Shown piece after piece: positions 27,270 to 39,616 of a stretch of 64,000 nucleotides of DNA. Within the stretch, counting starts at the first letter, position 1; each line of letters begins with the position of its first letter. The stretch is taken from NCBI GenBank assembly GCA_951406725.2, contig OX597819.1:95542001-95606000 (forward strand), written 5' to 3'. The stretch is from Octopus vulgaris. Lineage: Eukaryota. The notes under the pieces are model-generated. The model had not been told where the DNA came from. It worked only from the letters and a program-made list of their open reading frames with translations, and did no database searches. Both the position numbers and the translations under genes were made by a program.

Positions 27270-27643
27270 TATATATATATATTCTCCTATGAACTCTCTA
27301 CATTTAGTAGCCTTCCATAGTGACACTTCCAGGCCTCTTTCTTTGCAGAATCACTAACTGCAAATGAACCACCATCCATGAGCAGAACAATGGTGAACTT
27401 CCTTTCTGCTTCTGTGTGTATATATATGTACATATATTATTGGAAGAGTGGTGGTAACAGAAACTATATCAGGTAGCTACGTGACAGATAAATTTAGCTA
27501 GGGGAGAAGCAGAAAGGAAGTTCACCATTGTTCTGCTCATGGATGATGGTTCATTTGCAGTTAGTGATTCTGTAAAGAAAGAGGCCAGGAAGTGCCACTA
27601 TGGAAGGCTACTAAATGTAGAGAGTTCATAGGAGAATATATAT
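27270..27643. repeat. Local inverted duplication (~140-bp arms, ~90-bp spacer)
   Basis: 27270-27413 is the near-exact reverse complement of 27505-27643. Confidence 0.9.
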
Positions 27644-28570
27644 AAAACTTAGATAAAACTTAGATATGTTTCGACCAGAGATTGGTCCAGGCCATGTCTA
27701 ACTTAATAGCACCACCTGATAGGATTATTGGAATCCTGTTTAAGTCAAGTTTTGTTCAAGTAGTGAGTTCTTGTTGGGTGAGTTGTATCCAGTTTTGTTC
27801 AAGTAGTGAGTTCTTGTTGGGTGAGTTGTATCCAATTATGGGTGGCTTATCTGGTATTCTTTGAAGGAATCTATCCAGACTCTGTTTGAAGTTGATGGGA
27901 TCCTTTTCCTCTTTGATCTCCCTCGGGACAATGTTAAATAGGGCAGGGCCTGTTGAGGAAAAGAAATTATGTTGCAGTGTACATGTATGTTGTGATCTTG
28001 AATTTGGCAGGGGACGTATAGCCCGTGGTCCAAGTCTCGGATGAACCTTGAAGCTAATGTTTAGGTCGTTTGGGCAAAGTTGGCGGTATATTTTCCACAT
28101 CGTACAAATGATGTACCGCTCACGGCGACGCTGGAGGGAGTAAAGTTTCAAGGCTTTAAGGCGATCCCAATAATCGAGAGCAGCCATGCCTTCAATTTGT
28201 TTAGTGAGAGCCCTCTGGGGTGACTCAATTCTGGAGATGTTTTGTCTTGTGTGAGGAGACCACAGTGGGCAGCAGTATTTAAGGTGTGGCCGTACAAAGG
28301 ATGAAAAAAGTGGTATGCTGACTCCTTGTTCTCTGGACCGGAAAGTTCTTAAGATCCAGGAACTCATCCTACGAGCTGTATCGACCTTCTTGTTGATGTG
28401 TGCACTCCAACTGAGATCGTCATCAACAATTACACCCAGGTCTCTGATATTGTTAGAGGCTGTGAGCGGTTCCCCTGAAGGAAGAGAGTATGGTTGTTTT
28501 AGTGAGGAATTTCTTCCAAAATGCATCAGCTCAAATTTTCCCTCATTCAGTTGCATTTTGTTTCTGTCTG
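27644..28570 (-). mobile_element. 5'-truncated CR1/L2-group LINE, nearly intact ORF2 C-terminus
   Basis: ORF 27756-28556 (RDLGV, VRPHLKYC, LYSLQRRRER); short-repeat tail; ~43-bp tandem duplication at 27750-27835. Confidence 0.9.
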
Positions 28571-28589
28571 CCCATATATATATATATAT

Positions 28590-29225
28590 ACAAGGTGGTA
28601 CCCAAAAGTGGCCAGAAACGTTTTCTGTGGAACAAGCCCGTTGTAGTTCAGACTTCTGCCACTAGAAGCCACTTGATGTGACCCTCAGGCATCAATCTGC
28701 CAACCAGCAACATCAAGTGAAGTTGTACTGCCATGTAATTGTCTCTTTATTTTACTGTGCTTCTCTGCTGTTCATCAACTTTTGCAATGGCTGAAATGAA
28801 GTAATAGTGTGATTCCATAAAATTCTGTTTTCTGCTGGGAAAAATGACAGCTGAAACAGTTGTCATGCTTTGAACAACTTACAAGGACACTACCATCAGC
28901 AAAACACTAGTTTATGAGTGGTTTTCACACTTTATGAATGGCCACTTGTCATTTGAAGACCAACCTCATACAGGGCACCCATTGACCTACTAAATGAAAA
29001 TATGAAAATTCATTGATGAACATGTTGATATGAATGGTGTGCCCTGGAAGCTCCAACCAATGAATTTTTGGGTGAGGAAACGCGAATGAAAAGAGTTGCA
29101 GCAAAATTTGTTCTTCACGGAAGATCAAAAGCAGGCACGACTGAATGCAGGTGGTGAACTGAAAGAACAGTTGGAAGTTGATCCGGACCTTCTTTCGAAG
29201 GTTGTTAACGATGACAAAAGTTGGG
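28590..29225 (+). mobile_element. Mariner transposase remnant (second family)
   Basis: TA-flanked start; IKFCFLLGK, VYEWF, KRVAAKFV fragments. Confidence 0.75.
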
Positions 29226-29589
29226 AATAAAACTTAGGGAATAATAAGTATTCCAGGTTATCAGGACATTTACTATTTTACGCTTTACTAATCCTATGTA
29301 AATAGTATCATTTATAATATTATAAACCCAAATTTGTAACAATATATACTTATATTTATCTATCCATATATATATTAAGGTGGTGCCCCATTAAGGTGGT
29401 GCCCCAGCATGATCACAGTCTAATGACTGAAACAAGTAAAAAATAAAAAAAAATAAAATATACATAAATATATACATACATATATGTATATAAACATATA
29501 GATATATACATATATATATATATACATATGTATATATATATGTGTGTGTATATATGTATATGTACATATATATATATATATATGTATAT

Positions 29590-31035
29590 CATCATCATCA
29601 TCATTTAACATCCGCTTTCCATGCTAGCATGGGTTGGACGATTTGACGGAGGGCTGGCGAACCAGATGGCTGCACCAGGCTCCAATCTTGATCTGGCCGA
29701 GTTTCTACAGCTGGATGCCCTTCCTAACGCCAACCACTCTGAGAGTGTAGTGGGTGCTTTTACATGTCCCTGGCACGGGTACCAGTCAGGCAGTACTGGC
29801 AACAGCCACACTCAAATGTTGTTTTTCACATGCCACCGGTACAAGTGCCAGAACGGCAATGCTGGAAATGATTATGCTTTTTATGTACCACTGGCACTGA
29901 AGCCAGTTAGCTGCTCTGGCAACGATCAGGCTCAGATGGTGCTCTTAGGGCTCCACTAGCACGGATGCCAGTCATCAAATTTGATTTCGATTTCACTTGC
30001 CTCAACAGGTCTTCGCAAGCAGAGTTTGGTGTCCAATGAAGGAAAGGTACACATAAATGGGCTGGTTACACTCCTGGCATAGGCCACGAGGTTATGATCT
30101 CACCTGGCTTGCCAGGTCTTCTCAAGCACAGCATATTTCCAAAGGTTTCAGTCACTAGTCATTGCCTCAGTGAGGCCTAATGTTCAAAGGCCATGCTTCA
30201 CCACCTCATCCCAGTTCTTCCACAGGTTCCCTCAACCACTAGGGTGTGGCACTTTTTCACACAGCTATCCTCATCCATTCTTGCCACATAACCATACCAG
30301 TGCAGTCGTCTCTCTTGCACACCACATCTGATGCTTCTTAGGTCCATCTTTTCTCTCAAGATACTTAGACTTTGTCGAGTATGCACACTGACATTACACA
30401 TCCATCAGAGCATACTAGCTTCATTCCTTGCTAGCTTATGCATGTCTTCAGCAGTCATGGCCCATGTTTCACTGCCATGTAGCATGGCTGTTCATACACA
30501 AGCGTCATACAGTCTACCTTTTACTCTGAGCGAGAGGCCCTTTGTCACCAGCAGAGGTAAGAGCTCTCTGAACTTTGCCCAGGTTATTTCATTGCACCTT
30601 CCCCGCTACTGACTTGGTCACCTAGGTAACGGAAGCTATCAACTACTTCTAGTTTTTCTCCTTGGAATGTGGTGTAAGTTGTTCTCTGCACATTTTTCAG
30701 AGTTTATTGCTACTGAGCATCTACCACATAGAAAAACTATCTTCTCAGTTAGCCTTCTTTTGATATTGCTGCACCTCTTATGTATCCATAGCTTACACTG
30801 GGTACATCTTATAGTTTCTACCTACACCTTTTCTACAGATCGAGCAGGGCCATCTACCTGAAGGGATTTGTGGTTTGCCTGCCTTCCTACTTATTAGAAC
30901 TTTGGTTTTAGCTAGGTTGATTCTAATCCTTGTTTCCACACCTGAAACTTCTCTTCTAGATCTGATAGTGACTCAGCAATTAGAACAAGGTCGTCAGCAT
31001 AGGGGAGCTCCCAGGGGCATCCTGTCTTGAATTCA
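29590..31035 (-). mobile_element. 5'-truncated RTE LINE
   Basis: PYADDLVLIAE through 3' UTR and (ATG)n tail. Confidence 0.88.
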
Positions 31036-32200
31036 TTGTTAAATATGAATTTATAATTTTTTTTATTTGTTAATGATAATTTAGATATGTACATTTATTT
31101 AGTTATTATATCTGAACGTAAATTTTAAAATATTAGTTAGTCACTTTGGGATCTAGATCATAAAAATGTTTTAATCTAACTAAAAGTTCCTATTATATTT
31201 CTAGTATTGGTACATTTAATAATAATAGTAATAATAAGTATTTTATAAAGATAAGTTATACATTTTTACTTTGGAATTTTTCAATTGTTATTTTTTATTT
31301 CATAAATATTTTCCAAAGATATGTATAATATTTATGTAAGCAATAATGGACTAATTTATTTATTGTTTATATGTTTATTGATAGAAAAAATATGGATTTT
31401 TAATTACTATATTTGTTGATTAGAACTTAGATACTTATTTTATATTTATTATTTTATAATGACTATATGTGAATTAAATATATTAAGAGTGGTTGTTTTG
31501 TAAAATAGTTTGGTAATTAAATATTAGAGTGTAACTAGGTTAAAGATATTCTAGTTTATTCATCATCATTATCACCATTTAGCGTCCGCTTTCCATGCTA
31601 GCATGGGTTGGACAGTTCACCCATGCTAGCATGGAAAGCGGACGCTAAATGATGATGATGATGATGATGAATAAACTAGAATATCTTTACCCTAGTTATA
31701 CTCTAATATTAATTAATATTTTTTATTAAGCTAAATTATATCTTCACAGATAAATACATTTTTCTATTTATTTAATCTATTTTTTACCATAAATATTTAA
31801 CATAATAAATGTATTGTAGGCAATTGATCCTAATGTTTTAAGTTTCATATTTAGCTAATGGAGTTTCTTCTATAAGAAAAATCATTATTTTATTTTTTTA
31901 ATAAATATTGTTTAACTCTATTTGCTTATTTAACTATTATTGTTAACCTGAAGAGTGACTATAATTTTAAATTGAATTGATTTTCGATTAAATTTAAATC
32001 TAACTGTAATTCGAATTTAAGTATAGCCATGAAACATACGTAGTTTTTTTTACTTATTATATATTGATTTTTCATTTTTATACTTTTTGTGATCTAGTTA
32101 TATGTTTTATAAAAATATATTTTATTTTTCATTTATGATTTGGTTTATGTCTATCATTGAATTGCATAATAGTGGTTTTTTCTCTAATTTATATATTATA
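31036..32200 (+). pseudogene. Possible decayed mitochondrial insertion (nad5 3' end and trnF-like)
   Basis: Extremely AT-rich, T/G-skewed; KYL...AIDP segment resembling nad5 DxGWxExxGP; anticodon-arm-like ttaac-CTGAAGA-gtgac near 31943-31959. Resemblance only. Confidence 0.33.
31515..31714. repeat. Fold-back palindrome spanning an RTE tail and unique flank
   Basis: ~95-bp arms with a 10-nt loop (tggacagttc). Confidence 0.9.
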
Positions 32201-33211
32201 TATTTAAATTGTGAAATTTGATTTATTACTAAAATGAATTTTTCCCTGTAAGTTTGGAGTTACACTCCCTAATATATATATATACAGCAAATGAGAAAGT
32301 GGAGAGGATATTTGCTTATAAATCAAGGGTAAACCACTTTTTACCCCTGCCCATATATAACACTCAATTGTGAGATTGCCACGCAATAACTAGCACTTGC
32401 ATATGAATATTTGGGTACACTGCCAGCAGTATATTGGATAGGTACTATCCCTTATTTGGTCACACTCAACATCTAACTCACATTGAAATACATATACATA
32501 TATATATAAAATACAAAATGCGACATACCTATATATATATATATGAATTTGACCTTGGGAAGTCTGCTTACTTATGAACTTTTGGACGTACTTGTATGAT
32601 GGAAATTAAAGACTTTTTCAAATATTAAAAAAAAATTTTTTTAAAGATTTTAATCATTTGATAAAATCTTTTTAGTCGGACACATATTTTATTTTTATCT
32701 TTCTGTATTTTATATTTGTCCATTAGTAGTTTGAATTTTTAGTCATCATATTTAACTTTTGATAAGCCATTCTGTTTGTATTTTATTGGAATATATATTT
32801 TTACCTTCTGTGATTTTATGTATATGTATTTTTTTGTTTGTAGACCATGGTGTTGTTTTATATATGATTAAATGCTTGAGTAGTGTTGTTGTATGTAAAG
32901 CTGACCCAAATTCAATGTTTGTTCTGTAACCAATGCTTCTTTGTATATACCTATATATATATATATACACACACATATATATACATAGATATATATATAT
33001 ATATACATATACATACAGTGATATACATATGTATATATATAAATATATATACATACATATATATACACACACATATACATAAGCGTGGAAAACGGACGTT
33101 AAACGATGATATACATTCATATATATATACATGCATACATATACACACATATATACACACTTATATACATACATGTATATATACACATTTATACATACAC
33201 GTATATATGCA

Positions 33212-36200
33212 CATCATCATCATCATCATCATCATCATTTAACGTCCGCTTTCCATGCTAGCATGGGTTGGACGGTTCAACTGGGGTCTGGGGAGCCCGA
33301 AGGCTGCACCAGTCCAGTCAGATCTGGCAGTGTTTCTACAGCTGGATGCCCTTCCTAACGCCAACCACTCCGAGAGTGTAGTGGGTGATTTTATGTGCCA
33401 CCGACACAGGTGCCAGACGAGGCTGGCAAACGGCCACGCTCGGATGGTGTTTTTTATGTGCCACCGACACAGGTGCCAGACGAGGCTGGCAGACGGCCAT
33501 GCTCGGATGGTGTTTTTATGTGCCACCGACACAGGTGCCAGATGAGGCTGGCAAACGGCCACGATCGGATGGTGTTTGTTACGTGCCCACAGCACGGAGG
33601 CTAGTCGATGCGGTACTGGCTATGGCCACGTTCGGATGGTTTTCTTGTGTGCCACCGGCACTGGTACTACAAAGATACAAATTCCATTGATGTTCATCTA
33701 TTTTGATTTGTTTTGATTTGATTTTCACTTGCCTCAACAGGTCTTCACAAGTGTCACAAGAAGGAAGGTATGCACAGGTGGACTGACTACGTCCCAGGTA
33801 GGGCCCACGGGTTATGGCCTGACTAGTCTTGCCGGGTCTTCGGATGGTGTTTTTATGTGCCACCGACACAGGTGCCAGATGAGGCTGGCGAACGGCCACG
33901 ATCGGATGGTGTTTGTTACGTGCCCACAGCACGGAGGCCAGTCGATGCGGTACTGGCTACGGCCACGTTCGGATGGTTTTCTTGTGTGCCACCGGCACTG
34001 GTACCACAAAGATACAAATTCCATTAACGTTCATCTATTTTGATTTGTTTTGATTTGATTTGATTTGATTTTCACTTGCCTCAACAGGCCTTCACAAGTG
34101 TCACAAGAAGGAAGGTATGCACAGGTGGACTGACTACGTCCCAGGTAAGGGCCACAGGTTATGGCCTGACTAGTCTTGCCGGGTCTTCGGATGGTGTTTT
34201 TATGTGCCACCGACACAGGTGTCAGATGAGGCTGGCGAACGGCCACGATCGGATGGTGTTTGTTACGTGCCCACAGCACGGAGGCCAGTCGGTGCGGTAC
34301 TGGCTACGGCCACGTTCGGATGGTTTTCTTGTGTGCCACCAGCACTGGTACCACAAAGATACAAATTCCATTGATGTTCATCTATTTTGATTTGTTTTGA
34401 TTTGATTTTGATTTTCACTTGCCTCAACAGGCCTTCACAAGTATCACAAGGAGGAAGGTATGCACAGGTGGACTGACTACGTTCCAGGTAGGGGCCACGG
34501 GTTATGGCCTGACTAGTCTTGCCGGGTCTTCGGATGGTGTTTTTATGTGCCACCGACACAGGTGCTAGATGAGGCTGGCGAACGGCCACGATCGGATGGT
34601 GTTTGTTACGTGCCCACAGCACGGAGGCCAGTCGGTGCGTTACTGGCTACGGCCACGTTCGGATGGTTTTCTTGTGAGCCACCGGCACTGGTACCACAAA
34701 GATACAAATTCCATTGATGTTCATCTATTTTGATTTGTTTTGATTTTCACTTGCCTCAACAGGTCTTCACAAGTGTCACAAGAAGGAAGGTATGCACAGG
34801 TGGACTGACTACGTCCCAGGTAGGGCCCACGGGTTATGACCTGACTAGTCTTGCCGGGTCTTCGGATGGTGTTTTTATGTGCCACCGACACAGGTGCCAA
34901 ATGAGGCTGGAGAACGGCCACGATCGGATGGTGTTTGTCATGTGCCCACTGCATGGAGGCCAGTCGATGCGGAGGTGCCATATGAGGCTGGCGAACGGCC
35001 ACGATCGGATGGTGTTTGTCATGTGCCCACAGCACGGAGGCCAGTCGATGCTGCACTGGCTACGGCCACGTTCGGATGGTTTTCTTGTGTGCCACCGGCA
35101 CTGGTACCACAAAGATACAAATTCCATTGATGTTCATCTATTTTGATTTGTTTTGATTGATTTTCACTTGCCTCAGCAGGTCTTCACAAGTGTCACAAGA
35201 AGGAAGGTATGCACAGGTGGACCGACTACGTCCCAGGTAGGGGCCATGGGTTATGGCCAGACGGGTCCTCTCATGCACAGCACACTTCCATAGGACTCGG
35301 TCTCTAGTCATTTCCTTGGTGAGACCTAAAATTCGAAGGTCGTGCTTCACCACCTCATCCCAGGTTTTCCTGGGTCTACCTCTTCCACAGGTTCCCTCAA
35401 CTGCTAGGGTGTAGCACTTTTGCACACACCTATCTTCATCCATTCTCGTCACATGACCATACCAGCGCAGCCGTCTCTCTTGCACACCACAACTGACGCT
35501 TCTTAGGTTCAACTTTTCTCTCAAAGTACTTACACTCTGACGATTATGAACACTGACATTACACATCCATCGGAGCATACTGGCTTCATTTCTTGCGAGC
35601 TTACGCATATCCTCAGCAGTCACGGCCCATGTTTCACTACCATGTAGCATGGCTGTACGTACACATGCATCATACAGTCTGCCTTTTACTCTTAGCGAGA
35701 GGCCTTTTGTCACCAGCAGGGGTAAGAGCTCTCTAAACTTTGCCCAAGCTATTCTTACTCTAGCAGTTACACTTTCAGCACACCCACCCCCGCTACTGAC
35801 TTGGTCTCCTAGGTAACGGAAGCTATCAACTACTTCTAGTTTGTCTCCCTGGAACGTGGTAGAAGTTGGTCTCTGCACATTTCCAGTGTTTATTGCCCCT
35901 GAGCATCTGCCACAGACAAAAACTATTTTCTTAGTTAGCCTTCCTTTGACATTGCTGCACCTCTTATGTGTCCATAGCTTACACTTGGTGCACCTTATAG
36001 AGTTTCTACCTACACCTTTTTTACAGATCGAGCAGGGCCATCTACCTGAAGTCGTTTGTGATTGGTCCACCTTCCTACTTATTAGGACTTTGGTTTTGGC
36101 TAGGTTGATTCTAAGGCCCTTCGATTCTAATCCTTGTTTCCACACCTGAAACTTCTCCTCCAGTTCTGATAGTGACTCAGCAATTAGAGCAAGGTCATCA

Positions 36201-36296
36201 GCATAGAGGAGCTCACAGGGGCATCCTGTCTTGAATTCCTCCGTTATTGCCTGGAGGACTATGATAAATAGGAGGGGACTGAGGACTGAACCTTGA
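33212..36296 (-). mobile_element. Young 5'-truncated RTE LINE with tandemly amplified 3' region
   Basis: Uninterrupted RT C-terminal ORF (QGSVLSP, YADD, C4HC3 cluster, FRYLG, GRPRKTW) within 35138-36337; (ATG)n tail at 33212. Confidence 0.95.
33504..35257. repeat. Five-unit tandem array (~332-347 bp) of RTE 3' UTR
   Basis: Units start at 33504, 33841, 34188, 34531, 34863 with junction gccgggtctt|cggatggtg. Confidence 0.9.
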
Positions 36297-36299
36297 CAT

Positions 36300-36340
<41 letters not shown>

Positions 36341-36364
36341 TATATGTATTTATATACTGTATAT

Positions 36365-37190
36365 ACATGGGATGATGGATAATCTTCCAGACTGCTGCCA
36401 TAGTGACGAAGCTAAAGCATGCAGAATGAAGCCACTTGGCACAGATTGACCATTAACTCTACTGTGCATACACAGTAAGTTTCAACATTCTAGCTCACTT
36501 CCACTGTTTGCAGTTATGCTTGAAATGAAAATATGTAGCATGTGATCGTCACATTGACCATGACTGACAATCTGCGTCAAACTTTGCCAAAATGTTGGTG
36601 ATACCTGCTCTGAAGCCTACAGAGTTTACATCATTCTCAACACAATCCAGATCTTATGCAACTGAAACCCGATTGTGTTTTTGGTCAGCTAAAAGCAGTT
36701 TTGGCATAAACTTGCCAGGCATGTGTCTCATACCCAAATCTCCAGTGATAATGTACAGAACTGAACCGTAACTAATCTACACATACTCTGATAATTCATA
36801 CACGGTGATTTGAAAATTTCTCTTTACAGCTGCTTGCATATCTGAAATGTTTTTCTCAGTTCTGCTGGTTACAGATATCCCAGAATAGTTGTCAATATCG
36901 ACATTTTTCGGGCTCATACACTTTCTGCAACTTTGCATAGGCCTCTGAGTTAGTATCTCTAAGCTTTTGGCAAAATTTGATGCAGCTTCCCTGTTCAACT
37001 TTCTGTCATGGTTAATGCAGCAACCACATGCTATACACATTCCTGTAAACAGTGAAGTGAGTTAGAATGTTAAAACTTAGTGTGCATGCATGGCAGAGTT
37101 CAAGATGAATTTTTTCCAAGCAGCTTCACTCTGCATGCTTCTTCTGCATTACTATGGTAACAGTCTGGATACTTACTGATCAGACATTGT
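36365..37190. mobile_element. Non-autonomous mariner-type element (same family as 9296-10170)
   Basis: Shared TIR gatacttactgatcagac and internal sequence. Confidence 0.75.
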
Positions 37191-37618
37191 ATGTGTGTGT
37201 ATGTATCACCTTGCCTTCACATCATGCAGTAGTTGTAAATGAGTCAGTCATACAAATAGCGTCATTTCCAATCTTCTGTAGAAACAGATGAGAGCTATGG
37301 CTGGAAGACCTGGCCTGAGAAAAATCTGCCACGAGGAATTCTGTTAGACCCATGCAAGCAAAATATAGTGAATGTTAAAATGAATGCATGATGACAGAAA
37401 TTATCTTTGAAAATAGATTTCAGTTAAATCTCTTGGATTCCAAATACTTAAAACAAAACAAAATTTTTTTTTCTTATCACTTTATTTTTAAAGTAAAGAC
37501 AAAATTGGGATGAAAATAAATACATAACAATTTGGGATAAAATTCTGTATCAAAATATATGATTTTCTGTATATCTCTTTCTTTATAATTTATTCTGAAT
37601 AAAATCAGATCAAATAAT

Positions 37619-37656
37619 GAGCTCTGTTCAACTTCCCTGGCTGAGGACAGAAACCC
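37619..37656 (-). promoter_or_regulatory. IRE-like RNA hairpin, copy at 37.6 kb
   Basis: GGGTTTCTGT-CC-TCAGC-CAGGGAA-GTTGA-ACAGAGCTC. Confidence 0.55.
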
Positions 37657-38934
37657 GTTTATAATGGCGTTTATTTATCCCAATGACCAACAGTAACTTA
37701 AATATTCTTAAAATTTTTTCAATAACCATACTGGAGATTGCAGAAACTTTCAAACCACATTAAATGAGTTGATTTAATTAAATTGTCTTATGCATACCAT
37801 TCCCCCACTATTTATTTTTCATTTTGCATTTCCTAATAGAATATAAAACCTGTATGAGGTAAATAGGTTTGTATTTATAATCAATAATATACTAAATAGA
37901 TGCTTATTTTCTCTATCAGGTTCGTTGTGTTATTCTTGCTATTTAGCACTTTATAAGCTGCTGATATTTAATCTATGTATAGAATACTTAAAGAACTCTA
38001 AACTAAGATAAAAATCTCAAGTGGAAAAATGTCCTAATAACAGATAGAATTTTTTTTAAAGGAATATTTATACAGAGATGAACTGGGTTAAATCAAATGG
38101 AGTGCCTGACAAGCAGCTATGGCTTGTAGCCCTTCATAAAAGTTTGAAGTTGTTTCTGGTGTTTGCCAAAATAGACTTAGCTCTTGTCATATATTAATCT
38201 TTGTAAGACTTCCAAAACAGAGCATAGATTTCACAGCTTACTTATTGTCACATATATGTAACAATATTCCAGTTGTATTATTCCACAAAACCACCACTGC
38301 ATAAATATTTCCAATTAGGATTTTAATGCATGATACATTATACATATCTAACACTAAATTAACTATTGTTTTTCATGTGGATGGCATCTCTAAGAAATTA
38401 ACTTCAATGATTTTTTTTAATATGATAAATCTCTCACTCACTCGTACGGTATTGTACAACTCTATAGCAATTCATCACTACTTTGGCTTGTATAGTGATG
38501 CCTAATAAAACCTAATTATCCTTGGAGTTGTCTAGTATTTGCCAAATAGACTAACATAAGCTTCTATTGAGTTGCCATCCTGATCTGTCTAGAGTTGGTT
38601 ATTCGGTGACTAAGCCACCAAGTGATGTCTTTACAATCCAGTTAGTTTATGGGTCTCTTTTTCATATAAAATGCTTTGAAAAAATAAGATTTACTTAAAA
38701 GTAAAAACTCTATAGCATCTAAATAAAAGGGCGGCATCTAAGAACATTTAAGTTTATAACAAAATAAATAAAGGTTTCAAAAATAAATATATGAAAATAA
38801 AATACATTTTCCTCACAATGTTTATATCAATCATTAAAAAACATTTCAAGGAGAAATTAAGTTGTTAATGAATGAAAACTAAATAGTGTTGGTCACTGGA
38901 TAATATGATGTTACCAAGATAACAGAAAAATTGT

Positions 38935-38965
38935 CATCTGCTCAACTCACTGGTTGACGCACATG
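38935..38965 (-). promoter_or_regulatory. IRE-like RNA hairpin, copy at 38.9 kb
   Basis: CATGTGC-G-TCAAC-CAGTGA-GTTGA-GCAGATG; extra basal stem CCAGGATAA/TTATCTTGG (38914-38992). Confidence 0.6.
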
Positions 38966-39616
38966 CCATAATAAAACAGGAATTTATCCTGGAAAATAAT
39001 TTTAAAAGTGAAATTTTAAAAAAATTAACATGTAAAAATTTTAGCAATTAGAAATGAAATTCAAACACATTGCATCAAATTTGCTAAAATTGTTTTGCAT
39101 CTAAAAGACACGAAAAAAACCAAAACACAAAGAATCTATATAAAATTACACAACGAAAGAATGTGTACATTCCTAAGTTATCTCAACGGAAAAGAAAAAT
39201 TTCAAAATCAAAATGAAAACGGTGTAATTAGTCAAACTTCAAAAGTCAATGAACATTTTATAAACACTTTTACCAAGAGGTAAGCAGGAAAAATAAGTTC
39301 AACACAAAAAATTCACATAAAATTAATGAAAAATCTTTAAACAGTAATTTTAACTACAAGCATCAGATTTACATAAGCTTAATAACAAATGTCAGAGTAG
39401 ATTTCTATATTGTAAGTATATAATATCTCAAGGTTTTTGTTTTATAAGAAATTTTTAAATTACCATTCCCTATTAGGACTAGATGTTTTTAAAATGTGAT
39501 AACTAATTATTATTTCACATATCTTGAATTACACTAGAATTCAACTAATTTACTTTTCTGGCATTTTTATTGAAGATCAGTATTTTACAGCTTTATATAT
39601 ATATATTCAAATATGA

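Noticed and set aside
38109-38617. Other small hairpins (ACAAGC/GCTTGT 38109-38127; CATCACTA/TAGTGATG 38473-38500; TTGGTTA/TGACTAA near 38598-38616)
   Set aside because: They do not share the family loop, and single short stems are expected by chance
38905-38992. H/ACA snoRNA or scaRNA reading of the hairpins (ACA after a basal stem, UGAG near loops)
   Set aside because: No consistent second hairpin or H/ACA box spacing across copies; not formally excluded without snoRNA search tools
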